A stretch of 56,010 nucleotides of DNA from positions 1 through 56,010 of the IMG/VR virus record IMGVR_UViG_3300012005_000008; one strand, written 5' to 3'. Position numbers and translations under genes: made by a program. This document shows, in pieces, positions 37,546 to 46,556 of this stretch (the stretch's first letter is position 1; the number at the start of each line of letters is the position of its first letter). The DNA is from a virus (Duplodnaviria; Caudoviricetes). The notes under the pieces were generated by a model that searched no databases, was not told where the DNA came from, and saw nothing but the letters and a program-made list of their open reading frames with translations.

Positions 37546-39612
37546 ATGCCAACAATTGCTTACACGATTAACTGGTCAGACGGCACGTTAAAACAACCGT
37601 TTACCTTAAATGGACAGTCGATAGACTCATCGTCTACGTCTTTGACCTTAACGGGTAAGGGCACTGTTAGTTGGGGTGAAGCGGCCCAGGAAAATTTCCT
37701 ACACCTGCTAGAAAACTTTGCATCGTTAAATTCTCCACCATCTCATCCAACAACTGGGCAGACGTGGTATAATGCTACAGACGGCTACCTCAAGATCTAT
37801 AATACCAACAATGCGTGGGAAGATATAGCTAAACGTAGGATTGACTCAGCAACAACTCCTGGTGGAACTCATTATCCAGGAGATTTGTGGTATGATACGG
37901 TTAATGATAAGCTTAAAGTTTATAATAAGGCTGGTCAGTGGGTGATCCAAGCAGGAACAACAACCCCAACGCCGGTACCTTCGCCTACGCCAACTCCTAC
38001 GCCAACTCCTTCGCCGACGCCAGCACCAACTCCTTCGCCTTCGCCTACTCCTTCGCCGACGCCAGCACCGTCACCGACACCGGTTACTCCTCCACCGATC
38101 CCACCAGCTACTCAGCCGTATGGCCAATCTGGTTCATTCTCCCTGGTCTTCCAGGATGAATTCGACGGAACTAGCCTCGATGCAACAAAGTGGAATGATC
38201 ATATCTGGTATCTTAACTCTGATCCAACTATCAACTATACAGTTGAAAGCGGTTCATTGAAGATCTGGCCTGCTGCTGGATTTGTTAACCGTACGATCGA
38301 CACCGATGGTAAATTCTACGCGACCTATGGTTTCTTTGAAATCGATGCTAAGCTGCCACGTGGTAAGGGTGTTTGGCCAGCTTTCTGGCTGTATAACCAT
38401 GATCAACCAGATCCATATCGACCAGAGATCGACATCATGGAAGCATATCCAGGCGGCGGACCAGACACTGGCTGGGGTGACTCGCAGCTCAGGGCTAATA
38501 ACTACGCCGTGACTATCTGGACGGGTCCTCCTGGGGCATCTGCTGGAACGCTCAAGCTGAGTGATTCTCCTATCGGTTTCATCTCTGATCTTTCGACAAA
38601 TTTCCACAAGTACCAATGTAAGTGGGAATCAAACAAGCTAACATTCTACTTTGATGGTGTTCAGTTCTACACCGTTAACGTTTCGATGCCAGCTCGTATG
38701 TACATGCTGTTGGATCTTTACTTTGGAAGCTCTTCGGGTACTCCAGACGAAACAACGCCGTTGGGATCGTCAAATTCGTTCGAGATTCGTTATGCTCGAG
38801 CATGGTCGCTCGGAAGTACTTCACCAACGCCATCTCCAGCACCTTCGCCTACACCAACGCCAGCTCCTACACCAGCTCCTACACCAGCTCCATCTGGTAC
38901 AGGACCGCTTGGACAGAACTCCGCGTTGTACACTCAGACCTTCTCTGATGACTTCACTGGTTCGTCACTGAACTCTACTAAGTGGATCAACCACAGTTGG
39001 TATGCTGCAAGTGACTCTGTTATTAACTATGGTGTTGCTAACGGTTCACTGAGCATCTGGCCAGCGTCTGGATTCGTATCACGTACAATCAACACTGATA
39101 CGAAGTTCACCCAGACTTATGGTTACTTTGAAGCAGTTATGGGATTGCCGTCTGGTAAAGGACCACGCCCGGTCTTTAACTTGCTTAATCACCTTGATTC
39201 AGATGCTCGTGTACCGATCATCGCGATCATGGAAGCATACCCTGGCGCAGGTATCGGAAGTGGATGGAGCAATTCTTCGCTCGACTCTACTGACTACGCG
39301 ATGACAGCTTACACGAACGCTAACAATGGTTCATTGGTCGGTTCATCTAGGCTCAGCACAACGTCAGTAACTGGCGGAAATCTCTCTCAATCATTCCACA
39401 CGTATGGAGTGAAATGGTCGACGGTTGCATTGGTGTTCTACTTTGACGGACAACAGGTCTACTCGCTCAGTACCTCAGCGTTTACTGATCCTATGTTCAT
39501 CAACTTCGAGCTCGACTTCGGTAGCGCTTCTGGAACACCAGATGGAACGACTCCAACAGGTCCGACCAACTCGTTTGAGATTCAGTACGTTAGGGCTTGG
39601 CAGTTCGTATAA
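37546..39612 (+). CDS. Tail fibre / appendage protein: fibre N-terminal domain, Pro/Thr linker, GH16, Pro/Thr linker, degenerate GH16
   Basis: YTINWSDG...SLTLTGKG...WGEAAQENFLHLLENFA, GQTWY and GDLWYD; [25 protein letters not shown] and EIDIME. Confidence 0.85.
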   Translation: MPTIAYTINWSDGTLKQPFTLNGQSIDSSSTSLTLTGKGTVSWGEAAQENFLHLLENFASLNSPPSHPTTGQTWYNATDGYLKIYNTNNAWEDIAKRRIDSATTPGGTHYPGDLWYDTVNDKLKVYNKAGQWVIQAGTTTPTPVPSPTPTPTPTPSPTPAPTPSPSPTPSPTPAPSPTPVTPPPIPPATQPYGQSGSFSLVFQDEFDGTSLDATKWNDHIWYLNSDPTINYTVESGSLKIWPAAGFVNRTIDTDGKFYATYGFFEIDAKLPRGKGVWPAFWLYNHDQPDPYRPEIDIMEAYPGGGPDTGWGDSQLRANNYAVTIWTGPPGASAGTLKLSDSPIGFISDLSTNFHKYQCKWESNKLTFYFDGVQFYTVNVSMPARMYMLLDLYFGSSSGTPDETTPLGSSNSFEIRYARAWSLGSTSPTPSPAPSPTPTPAPTPAPTPAPSGTGPLGQNSALYTQTFSDDFTGSSLNSTKWINHSWYAASDSVINYGVANGSLSIWPASGFVSRTINTDTKFTQTYGYFEAVMGLPSGKGPRPVFNLLNHLDSDARVPIIAIMEAYPGAGIGSGWSNSSLDSTDYAMTAYTNANNGSLVGSSRLSTTSVTGGNLSQSFHTYGVKWSTVALVFYFDGQQVYSLSTSAFTDPMFINFELDFGSASGTPDGTTPTGPTNSFEIQYVRAWQFV
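37963..38110 (+). repeat. Low-complexity (P-T/S/A)n coding repeat
   Basis: [48 protein letters not shown]; a second tract lies at about 38818-38895. Confidence 0.9.
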
Positions 39613-39628
39613 TAGCGATCGGCTATAT

Positions 39629-39667
39629 AAAAACCAGCGGATTAAAACCCGCTGGTTTTTTATTTTT
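39629..39667 (+). terminator. Intrinsic terminator
   Basis: AAAAACCAGCGG-attaaaac-CCGCTGGTTTTT followed by a T-rich tract; AATAAATA re-initiation motif at 39673-39680. Confidence 0.85.
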
Positions 39668-39704
39668 AGACCAATAAATAGTCTTATAAAAATGATAGGA
39701 TATC

Positions 39705-41459
39705 ATGGCAACAGATTATGTACTTCATTGGTCAGATGATGCGATCAAGAAACCATTTAAGTTGAATCAACAAGCGGTTAATACCACACTAACCTCTTTG
39801 ACTCTTAACGGTAAGGGCGCGATTAACTGGGCTGAATCAATACAAACAGACCTGATTCAATTGCTAGAGCATTTTGCGTCGACAACTCCACCAAAGAATC
39901 CAACTGTTGGACAGCTATGGTTTAACACGTCTGACAAGAAGATGCGTGTATACTGGCGCTCTACGTGGAATACTGTAGGAAATTACAGGATAGATTCTGC
40001 AACACCACCAACCAATCCACTTCCAGGTGATTTTTGGTATGATACGGTTAGAGATGCGTTAAAGGTTCAAACAGTAAAGGGAACTTGGATTTTAGCGAGT
40101 GTAGAGGGTAATCCTGTCCAAACACCAACTCCGGTACCAACGTTGGTTCCGGTACCGGCCCCTCCCCCTACACCTACACCTACTCCAACACCGGTGACAA
40201 CATTTCCACCAACTCCAGCGCCCACCCCATCACCTACTCCAGCGCCAACGGTTACGCCAGCACCAACTCCAGCACCAACTCCGCCACCAACTCCGTTTAC
40301 GCCAGCACCAACTCCAGCACCCACCACATCGCCGGTGCCTACACCTGTGCCTGTGCCTACACCTGTGCCTACACCAGCACCATCCCCTGCTCCAGCACCA
40401 TCGCCTACACCAACACCTGGAACTGTTACTCCTTACGGGCCAAACCCGAGTGGATATCAGCTGGTGTTTCAGGATGAATTCGATGGATCATCGATTGATC
40501 TTTCGAAATGGAACACCCACCTATGGTACCTCAGCGAACCAGCTTTAACTAATTTCGCTGTCACTGGCGGAGCACTTAAACTTTGGCCGATTAAAGATTC
40601 TACTGGCGCTTTTGAACCACGTCATTTGAGCACAGATGGTAAATTTTACATTACGTATGGTTATGTAGAGGTGGAAGCTCAACTGCCTATTGGAAAGGGT
40701 GTCTATCCATCTTTATGGATGTATAATCGTGATGATATCAATCCAATAGAGATTGATTATATGAATGCATTTCCAGGGGCAGTTTCTCAAGGGTTTGCTA
40801 CAACGAATTTTGAACCAGTAACTTATAATATGTCAACGTGGTCTGGCAGCACACTAGAATCTTCTTATAATTATAATGTTGGAATAAAGCTAAGTTCAGG
40901 ATTCCACAAATATGGAGTTCAGCGTGACTCTACAGGAACTGCATTCTGGTATGATGGCAATCAGATCTATAAATCTAGCTATGTTTTACCGCAACGAATG
41001 TTCTTATTGATCAGCTTACTTTATGGTAGCGTTTCTGGGACTCCTGATGATTCTACCCCTCTTGGAAGCTTTAACTCATTCACGATTAATTACATTAGGG
41101 CATGGACAGGCAGCAATGTAGCCACAACTAACACAATGCAAGCTGCTCATTATCTAGATACAGGTGTTGATTTAGTCGGTTTTTATTCGATACAAGGAGG
41201 GGGTACATTAGTTCCATCTACGTTCGGTGGTCGACAGATCTTACTGATAGGAGATAACAATGGTGAGATGACCTTCATCTTAGAAGGCGCAAATTTACCG
41301 TCTAATATCTTTACATCTATTCAGATAAATGGTAAAACTTTCCCTTCTCAACAAGATAATTGCACTATATCTTACACGGCTTCTTCAACAGTTTGGAAGT
41401 GGTTGTCTGATTCTTCTGGATTAGTTGCTGGAACATTCTATTCTATCATTATAACATGA
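39705..41459 (+). CDS. Second fibre / appendage protein: paralogous N-terminus, about 105-aa Pro/Thr/Ala linker, GH16 domain, C-terminal beta domain
   Basis: N-terminus parallels the 37546 gene; [14 protein letters not shown] and EIDYMN. Confidence 0.85.
   Translation: MATDYVLHWSDDAIKKPFKLNQQAVNTTLTSLTLNGKGAINWAESIQTDLIQLLEHFASTTPPKNPTVGQLWFNTSDKKMRVYWRSTWNTVGNYRIDSATPPTNPLPGDFWYDTVRDALKVQTVKGTWILASVEGNPVQTPTPVPTLVPVPAPPPTPTPTPTPVTTFPPTPAPTPSPTPAPTVTPAPTPAPTPPPTPFTPAPTPAPTTSPVPTPVPVPTPVPTPAPSPAPAPSPTPTPGTVTPYGPNPSGYQLVFQDEFDGSSIDLSKWNTHLWYLSEPALTNFAVTGGALKLWPIKDSTGAFEPRHLSTDGKFYITYGYVEVEAQLPIGKGVYPSLWMYNRDDINPIEIDYMNAFPGAVSQGFATTNFEPVTYNMSTWSGSTLESSYNYNVGIKLSSGFHKYGVQRDSTGTAFWYDGNQIYKSSYVLPQRMFLLISLLYGSVSGTPDDSTPLGSFNSFTINYIRAWTGSNVATTNTMQAAHYLDTGVDLVGFYSIQGGGTLVPSTFGGRQILLIGDNNGEMTFILEGANLPSNIFTSIQINGKTFPSQQDNCTISYTASSTVWKWLSDSSGLVAGTFYSIIIT
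40113..40432 (+). repeat. Long (P-T/A/V/S)n coding repeat
   Basis: About half the residues are Pro; short DNA repeats such as ccagcaccaact and acacctgtgcct. Confidence 0.9.
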
Positions 41460-42112
41460 GCTATTATACAGTTGATCATTGTGATCTTTCGTGCTATGAA
41501 GCATTCAATCACATCCCTCCATCATTATCATCTACTATTATCTTAGCTGAATGTTTTGAGAAACAAAGATGTGCCGAGCTATCAGAGATCTTAAAGAACG
41601 CTTCTTCAGGGGCGTCTGGAGTTCACGACTTAGACGCAGGTGAGAAGGTAGATTATAACCATAGGTCGTCAAGCTATTGTTCAGTAGATACCGATGTATA
41701 TAATTCTGTCGCTGATCGCATTAACTTTGTGGTTAATTATCACGTAGAAAGACAAATCATGCAACCCCACCACAAGTTAGTATTATGCGAAGGGGTTCAG
41801 TTCTTAAAATATGACGCTTCAAATAGTGGACATTTTAATCGACACCACGATGATGGTTATTTTGCGAACGGAGGATTTCAATATGTAGCATCTTATAGAA
41901 AATTCTCTACTGTGACCTACATCAATGATGATTATGAGGGAGGCGAACTAACTCTTGACACCGTTAAAGATCCTCAAGGAAATCCATTTAGCATGAAAAT
42001 GCCAGTTGGGACCACGATAATTTTCCCGTCTGATCAGCGATTCCCTCATGAAGTAAAAAAAGTTACCAAGGGTACTAGATATTCAATAGTTTGTTGGTAT
42101 AACTTTGAGTAA
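41456..42112 (+). CDS. 2OG-Fe(II) dioxygenase, prolyl-4-hydroxylase-like
   Basis: Q.LKY....[24 protein letters not shown]...[16 protein letters not shown]; intact HxD...H triad and 2OG-binding Arg; ATGA overlap with the fibre gene. Confidence 0.88.
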   Translation: MSYYTVDHCDLSCYEAFNHIPPSLSSTIILAECFEKQRCAELSEILKNASSGASGVHDLDAGEKVDYNHRSSSYCSVDTDVYNSVADRINFVVNYHVERQIMQPHHKLVLCEGVQFLKYDASNSGHFNRHHDDGYFANGGFQYVASYRKFSTVTYINDDYEGGELTLDTVKDPQGNPFSMKMPVGTTIIFPSDQRFPHEVKKVTKGTRYSIVCWYNFE

Positions 42113-42198
42113 AATCCATGCTTTCTCTTAAATAATCTCTATCATGATGTACTATTCTTTTCAGTTCGTGGCGTACATCTGCTATATGGAGATTTACC

Positions 42199-42633
42199 AT
42201 GGATATGTCAAAAATTGGAGTTTACTGGGACTTGCTCCGCAAGGGTCAAGAAGTAGCGGATCCGGAGAAGTGGAAGGCGCACCAAATCACGGCGACGATC
42301 GTCGGAGGATTAATCGTTGCGCTAATTAACCTAGCCAAATCTTATGGATATGACCTACCTATCACGCCCGATACGGCTAACTCTCTCGGTGTTGGTGTCA
42401 TCGCTGCTGTTAATGTCGTGCTCACTATTACAACCAGCAAAAAAGCCGGTTTGCTTCCAGCCAAACCTAACGGAACAGCAGTGCCAGCAGTGGTGGAACA
42501 ACCACCAACCCCACAGTTCAGCGATACAGTGCAGCCCGTCGATAGCCCCGCAGCGGAACCTACGACAGCAAGCGATCAACCAGCAGTGGAACCAACAAAG
42601 CCAGCAGTCGATGATTACATCTACCGCGGATAA
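42199..42633 (+). CDS. Holin-like membrane protein with Pro/Ala-rich tail
   Basis: Two hydrophobic segments followed by TITTSKKAGL; GGAG ribosome-binding site; TTAAATA at 42128-42134. Confidence 0.55.
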   Translation: MDMSKIGVYWDLLRKGQEVADPEKWKAHQITATIVGGLIVALINLAKSYGYDLPITPDTANSLGVGVIAAVNVVLTITTSKKAGLLPAKPNGTAVPAVVEQPPTPQFSDTVQPVDSPAAEPTTASDQPAVEPTKPAVDDYIYRG

Positions 42634-42745
42634 TGAATCAATCAAGGACCTACTAAGCGGTAACCTCACCGATTATCTGGACTCAATTGATGGCGTCTTC
42701 GTCGGCGTCAAGTGTCACTATTAACTTAACTAAAGGAAATACAAA

Positions 42746-43012
42746 ATGGAACAGTTTTTCATGATCGTCAAGATGGTCGCAGCGCTGTACCCGGTGTTGA
42801 TGCAAATCATCAAGTCAATTGAAGAAGCCATGCCTGCTGCTGGGCAAGGCCAAGCCAAGCTCGCGCTTATCAAGACTACGCTCGAAGGAGCTTACACCAC
42901 GATGGGTGATGCTCAGGTAAAATTTGAAGCCATCTGGCCGATGCTTCAGGGCGTCATCTCGGCGATGGTTTCGATGTACAACGCAGCTGGCGTTTTCAAG
43001 AAGTCTGCGTAA
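42746..43012 (+). CDS. Holin-like small protein
   Basis: Hydrophobic N-terminus, IEE..P..GQG.AKL, and V..YNAAGVFKK; AAGGA ribosome-binding site. Confidence 0.55.
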   Translation: MEQFFMIVKMVAALYPVLMQIIKSIEEAMPAAGQGQAKLALIKTTLEGAYTTMGDAQVKFEAIWPMLQGVISAMVSMYNAAGVFKKSA

Positions 43013-43487
43013 ACAGCTGAGGCTGTAATAGCATTAAATCGGCATTAAAGCTTGGATCCCAGGGGAATTTTCCCTGGGCGTCTGGCCATACTAGCTGCAG
43101 CGCATCAACGTTTTTATTTGCCCTCAAATTAGCAATATTAAGATATCCATCGGTCATCTCTGGATCGATTCGCTTCAATACTGAAGGCATGTTAGCGATC
43201 CCCTCAACAGGTTCATCAATCGGCAATTTTCCAGCTTTAAGCATCTCAGCTGCGGTGTTGAGAATGATTTGAGCGTGTTCCATGGGAAGTGAGAACACAA
43301 CCAGCTCTGGTAGTCCTTTATCAGCTAAACCGACGGTGTATGCCATGGAGATGAACTGGCCTGGTAAGATAGGATCTATCTCAGTACCAATTACAGCATG
43401 ACCAACATTCTTAATGATCTCATCAAGGTTATCATGAAATGCCTTGACACCTTGGGAACAGCACATGCAATCATGTCCATGCTTCAT
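42996..43487 (-). CDS. DUF4262-like protein
   Basis: AYTVGL...G.PEL.V..L and ALQLVWPD..G.FPW. Confidence 0.8.
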   Translation of the reverse strand: MKHGHDCMCCSQGVKAFHDNLDEIIKNVGHAVIGTEIDPILPGQFISMAYTVGLADKGLPELVVFSLPMEHAQIILNTAAEMLKAGKLPIDEPVEGIANMPSVLKRIDPEMTDGYLNIANLRANKNVDALQLVWPDAQGKFPWDPSFNADLMLLQPQLFTQTS

Positions 43488-43981
43488 TTTAGGCTCCTAT
43501 TGAATGCTTGTTGGATAAATTCTGGATCTTTTGCTGATTCTGTACAAAGATATTGTTGGTTGGGATATTTCCCCACGCGACCGAGGTCCAGCCGATCAGC
43601 GTCCCAACAAACCTGGACAGTTGGTTCGGCCATCGTCATTCCATCGCTGTGAAATGTCATCGCGTGAACCAACATCTCCATCTCATGATCTTCAATATCA
43701 AAATATATTCCACGTAACAAAACAGCACCACCAGCTGCTCGCTCACCATGTTCAGGATCAGAACCATCATTTTCACGAACGTGATCATGTAAAAAACTAA
43801 AAAGCTTGATCACGTCTTCAGAGATGTAGATGGATGGATCGCGAGCTCGTTCGGCTTCTGCCAACTTCCTGGCGTTGGTATAGACGCGAGACCAATGAGG
43901 AACACCATGAATACCAAGACGAAACTCACTCATAAGGTACGAGCGCAACTCAGTGAACTTGATCATGTTTTCGTATAGCAA
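43484..43981 (-). CDS. HD-domain phosphohydrolase
   Basis: IHGVPHWSRV, LHD..R.ND..D..HG, H, and CWDADRLDL.RVG. Confidence 0.88.
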   Translation of the reverse strand: MLYENMIKFTELRSYLMSEFRLGIHGVPHWSRVYTNARKLAEAERARDPSIYISEDVIKLFSFLHDHVRENDGSDPEHGERAAGGAVLLRGIYFDIEDHEMEMLVHAMTFHSDGMTMAEPTVQVCWDADRLDLGRVGKYPNQQYLCTESAKDPEFIQQAFNRSLK

Positions 43982-44429
43982 TAAGTGTAGATCGATTTGA
44001 GTTAAGTAAAATATCCAAGAATTCTGGTTTAACTATAAACCCAGCATCTTGATAGATCTGTGATTGATCTTCTTTGATCCTAGCATAAAGATTATATTCA
44101 TTTATGTCAGCGATCTTGATTAGGTCTTTGAGAATCGATTGAACTCTATCTATACCATAGATGGGAGACCAGATCTTGTGGATAGTGATGTCTTTTTCAT
44201 CACCGACGATTTCTTCCACGGTGGGGATGACTTTACCACTCATGAGAATTTCTTTGGAATGAACGGCTGCGTAAACTCCATTTTTTGAGTATGTGCGATA
44301 TCGATTTTTTCCTAGATTGTAAGTCATAGGATCATCAAAAGATAGCATCTTAAATCCAGAGTCTGTCAAATAAAAAAATATTTTATTTGCAAACACCGAG
44401 TGAAGCTGCTGTAAGGTCGCCATGATCAT
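43950..44429 (-). CDS. Hypothetical early protein, weak GNAT-like C-terminus
   Basis: GAGG ribosome-binding site and its own early promoter; L...AD and Y...GF near the end. Confidence 0.55.
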   Translation of the reverse strand: MIMATLQQLHSVFANKIFFYLTDSGFKMLSFDDPMTYNLGKNRYRTYSKNGVYAAVHSKEILMSGKVIPTVEEIVGDEKDITIHKIWSPIYGIDRVQSILKDLIKIADINEYNLYARIKEDQSQIYQDAGFIVKPEFLDILLNSNRSTLIAIRKHDQVH

Positions 44430-44462
44430 CCTCGTATTCTAACGGGAAATTCCAATGAGCTA

Positions 44463-44492
44463 ATTATATCTAGAAACTAACAGCTTGTAAAC
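44463..44492 (-). promoter_or_regulatory. Early sigma70-type promoter GTTTAC-N18-TATAAT
   Basis: gtaaac at 44487-44492 and attata at 44463-44468. Confidence 0.8.
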
Positions 44493-44501
44493 AAGAGTTT
44501 A

Positions 44502-45083
44502 CTATAGTTCTTGAGTAATCTTCAAATGCTCTTGAATTCGGTCACGCAATCCAGTTAATCCGCAAGCAGGACACAAGCAACCCCACACTAACCTAGCTCC
44601 TTCGCTCTCGGTACATCGTTTATGATTGCGAGAATCTATCGAGCTTTGCTGTAGCGATCCTAACACGCCATGGGCTTCAACGTCGATCAACCCAGCCCGA
44701 GATGGGTGAGGATCCCAAACCATCTCTCCATCTTTGGCTACGACCACGTGGTTGACGGTTCCTCGACCATTCGCTCGATGCTTAGCTGTACGTTCGGTTG
44801 GACCCACGAGCATGTGATAGGGATTTATTGAACGGACTGATCCTAGTTGAAATGCAGGAATTTCAGTGTAGATTAAATTATGATGTTTACCGAGGTAACC
44901 GTTTAAGATGTTGGAGTAAGATCCATAACCGTCAAATAATTTAAACTTGAACTTTTCATCGCTAGTAAGAAGCTCAAGTTCACACTGTGGAGGGAGCGTA
45001 TTTGGATCGATCTCAAGGATGCAAGCAACGGCTGTCTGCCAACAATTTCCTATGGTGGTGTCTGATTGTGTATACTGTTTCAT
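44502..45083 (-). CDS. Hypothetical protein, possibly a papain/C39-like cysteine hydrolase
   Basis: Q......NCWQTAVACIL and HVVV...GEMVWDP give a Cys-His-Asp order. Confidence 0.5.
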   Translation of the reverse strand: MKQYTQSDTTIGNCWQTAVACILEIDPNTLPPQCELELLTSDEKFKFKLFDGYGSYSNILNGYLGKHHNLIYTEIPAFQLGSVRSINPYHMLVGPTERTAKHRANGRGTVNHVVVAKDGEMVWDPHPSRAGLIDVEAHGVLGSLQQSSIDSRNHKRCTESEGARLVWGCLCPACGLTGLRDRIQEHLKITQEL

Positions 45084-45907
45084 TTATCTTTAATCGCATC
45101 AGCCGAGGAAGGACTTGACGTTGGTGTAGGCGGAATCAATGCATTTTTCTTAGCGATTAAATCGTTCTTTATCGCATCGGCGGTGCTATCGATCGTTCCG
45201 AATGATTCAGCCCTAGTCTTTTCTGCTGCTACTTGAATGTTCAAAGTAGCAATAGCTGCTTCATTGATGTTCTTTTGATCCATCAACCGATTTATGGACG
45301 CATGCAAGGAAGCAAGCTGATCAGCGATCTTTTCATTCTCCTTCGAGATGACAGCTGCTTTATCGGTTAGCACTTTGGCCATAGCTAAGGCTGCCCCCGA
45401 TGTTGCATCCTTGGCTTTGATACGCTCCGTTTCCAAGTCGCTGATGTGATTATCAATCGACATCGCTACGCTATCAGCTGTGATCTTTGGATCATTGATC
45501 GCTACAAGAGCAACTTTAGCTCGATGTGCATCATCGGTAATAAGATCCTTCAACCGATCAGATACTTTCATCACCTCTAGGAAGGTAGATGTTTTTCCAG
45601 CAAAAACCTTTGTTTGCAAGTATTCTTTCAGATCCTTTTGATCTGTTGGGATCGGCACCACTGGTGCCCGAGGTGGCATCGCCGGTGGTGGTGATGGAGT
45701 CGGTGGTGCAGTCGATGGTTCTTGTGGTGTTGGCATGACTTCTGGTTCCTTAGGAGTGATAGCTCCCATTGGATTTAACGTCGGCTCAAGAGCGGCCAAA
45801 CCTTGCTGAATTGATCGCAATGTTTTTGAGTTCTCGAGGGTTGGAGGCCAAGTTGGTTTTGGTTGGGCCATAGTATCATCTTTCTTGAAAAATTTTAATA
45901 TGTTCAT
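45080..45907 (-). CDS. Coiled-coil protein with Pro-rich N-terminal region
   Basis: 275-aa ORF; heptad-like C-terminal half. Confidence 0.65.
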   Translation of the reverse strand: MNILKFFKKDDTMAQPKPTWPPTLENSKTLRSIQQGLAALEPTLNPMGAITPKEPEVMPTPQEPSTAPPTPSPPPAMPPRAPVVPIPTDQKDLKEYLQTKVFAGKTSTFLEVMKVSDRLKDLITDDAHRAKVALVAINDPKITADSVAMSIDNHISDLETERIKAKDATSGAALAMAKVLTDKAAVISKENEKIADQLASLHASINRLMDQKNINEAAIATLNIQVAAEKTRAESFGTIDSTADAIKNDLIAKKNALIPPTPTSSPSSADAIKDK

Positions 45908-46013
45908 GGTTCTCTCTCAAAGAAGGTCTTCGGTAAGAAGAAATTAACAGGTAGAACTCTTCACTCTAGCTTTGAGCTTGTTCCATTTTATATCAAACTT
46001 CAAGCAATAGAAA

Positions 46014-46427
46014 TTATAACATAGTTCTTTGAGCTGTGTATGGCTTATTGCTTGTTGCCGAATATTTCATTGTGGCGAGAGTAATTATTCTTTCGACACT
46101 ATTGATGAAGACGCCCCTAGCGTAACGCTTAGCGGTTCTTCCGGTCAATTTGGTACATTGGTTAAAGATGCAATAAGAGTAGAAAACTCCTGGAGCTGAG
46201 ATGTCAACCTTTGACCCCCAATCCATTCCATCTTTACCGTGTCCGTCTTCACAATACAGGTCAATCATTCCAACTATCTTCCCGCTCTGAACTATCTGCC
46301 AGGCGATGTGCATTCGATTACTATCATCGCCTCCTCCATAAGTTCGACGGATCCCGGTTGTACCGTTAAAAGCTTTTGCAATTGCAAGGGCCGCATCGTT
46401 CAAACTTAGGCGTTTCTTGTGTTTCAT
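46014..46427 (-). CDS. Hypothetical protein
   Basis: 137-aa ORF; TATAAT at 46484-46479 upstream. Confidence 0.6.
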   Translation of the reverse strand: MKHKKRLSLNDAALAIAKAFNGTTGIRRTYGGGDDSNRMHIAWQIVQSGKIVGMIDLYCEDGHGKDGMDWGSKVDISAPGVFYSYCIFNQCTKLTGRTAKRYARGVFINSVERIITLATMKYSATSNKPYTAQRTML

Positions 46428-46515
46428 GATTCTCAGCAGGCGGTAAGGGTAGAGGTGAAGTTGGTTTAAGACAGAGGAATTATAATCTAAGTTTTTCCAA
46501 AAAGAATTAGTAGCT

Positions 46516-46546
46516 AATAAAAAGGTAGCCGAAGCTACCTTTTATT
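46516..46546 (-). terminator. Intrinsic terminator with C(UUCG)G tetraloop
   Basis: Minus strand GGTAGC-TTCG-GCTACC-TTTTT, just after the porin stop codon. Confidence 0.9.
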
Positions 46547-46556
46547 TACTATCAGT

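Noticed and set aside
40067-40327. Minus-strand (GV/GA)n ORF
   Set aside because: It is the antisense reading of the Pro/Thr linker.
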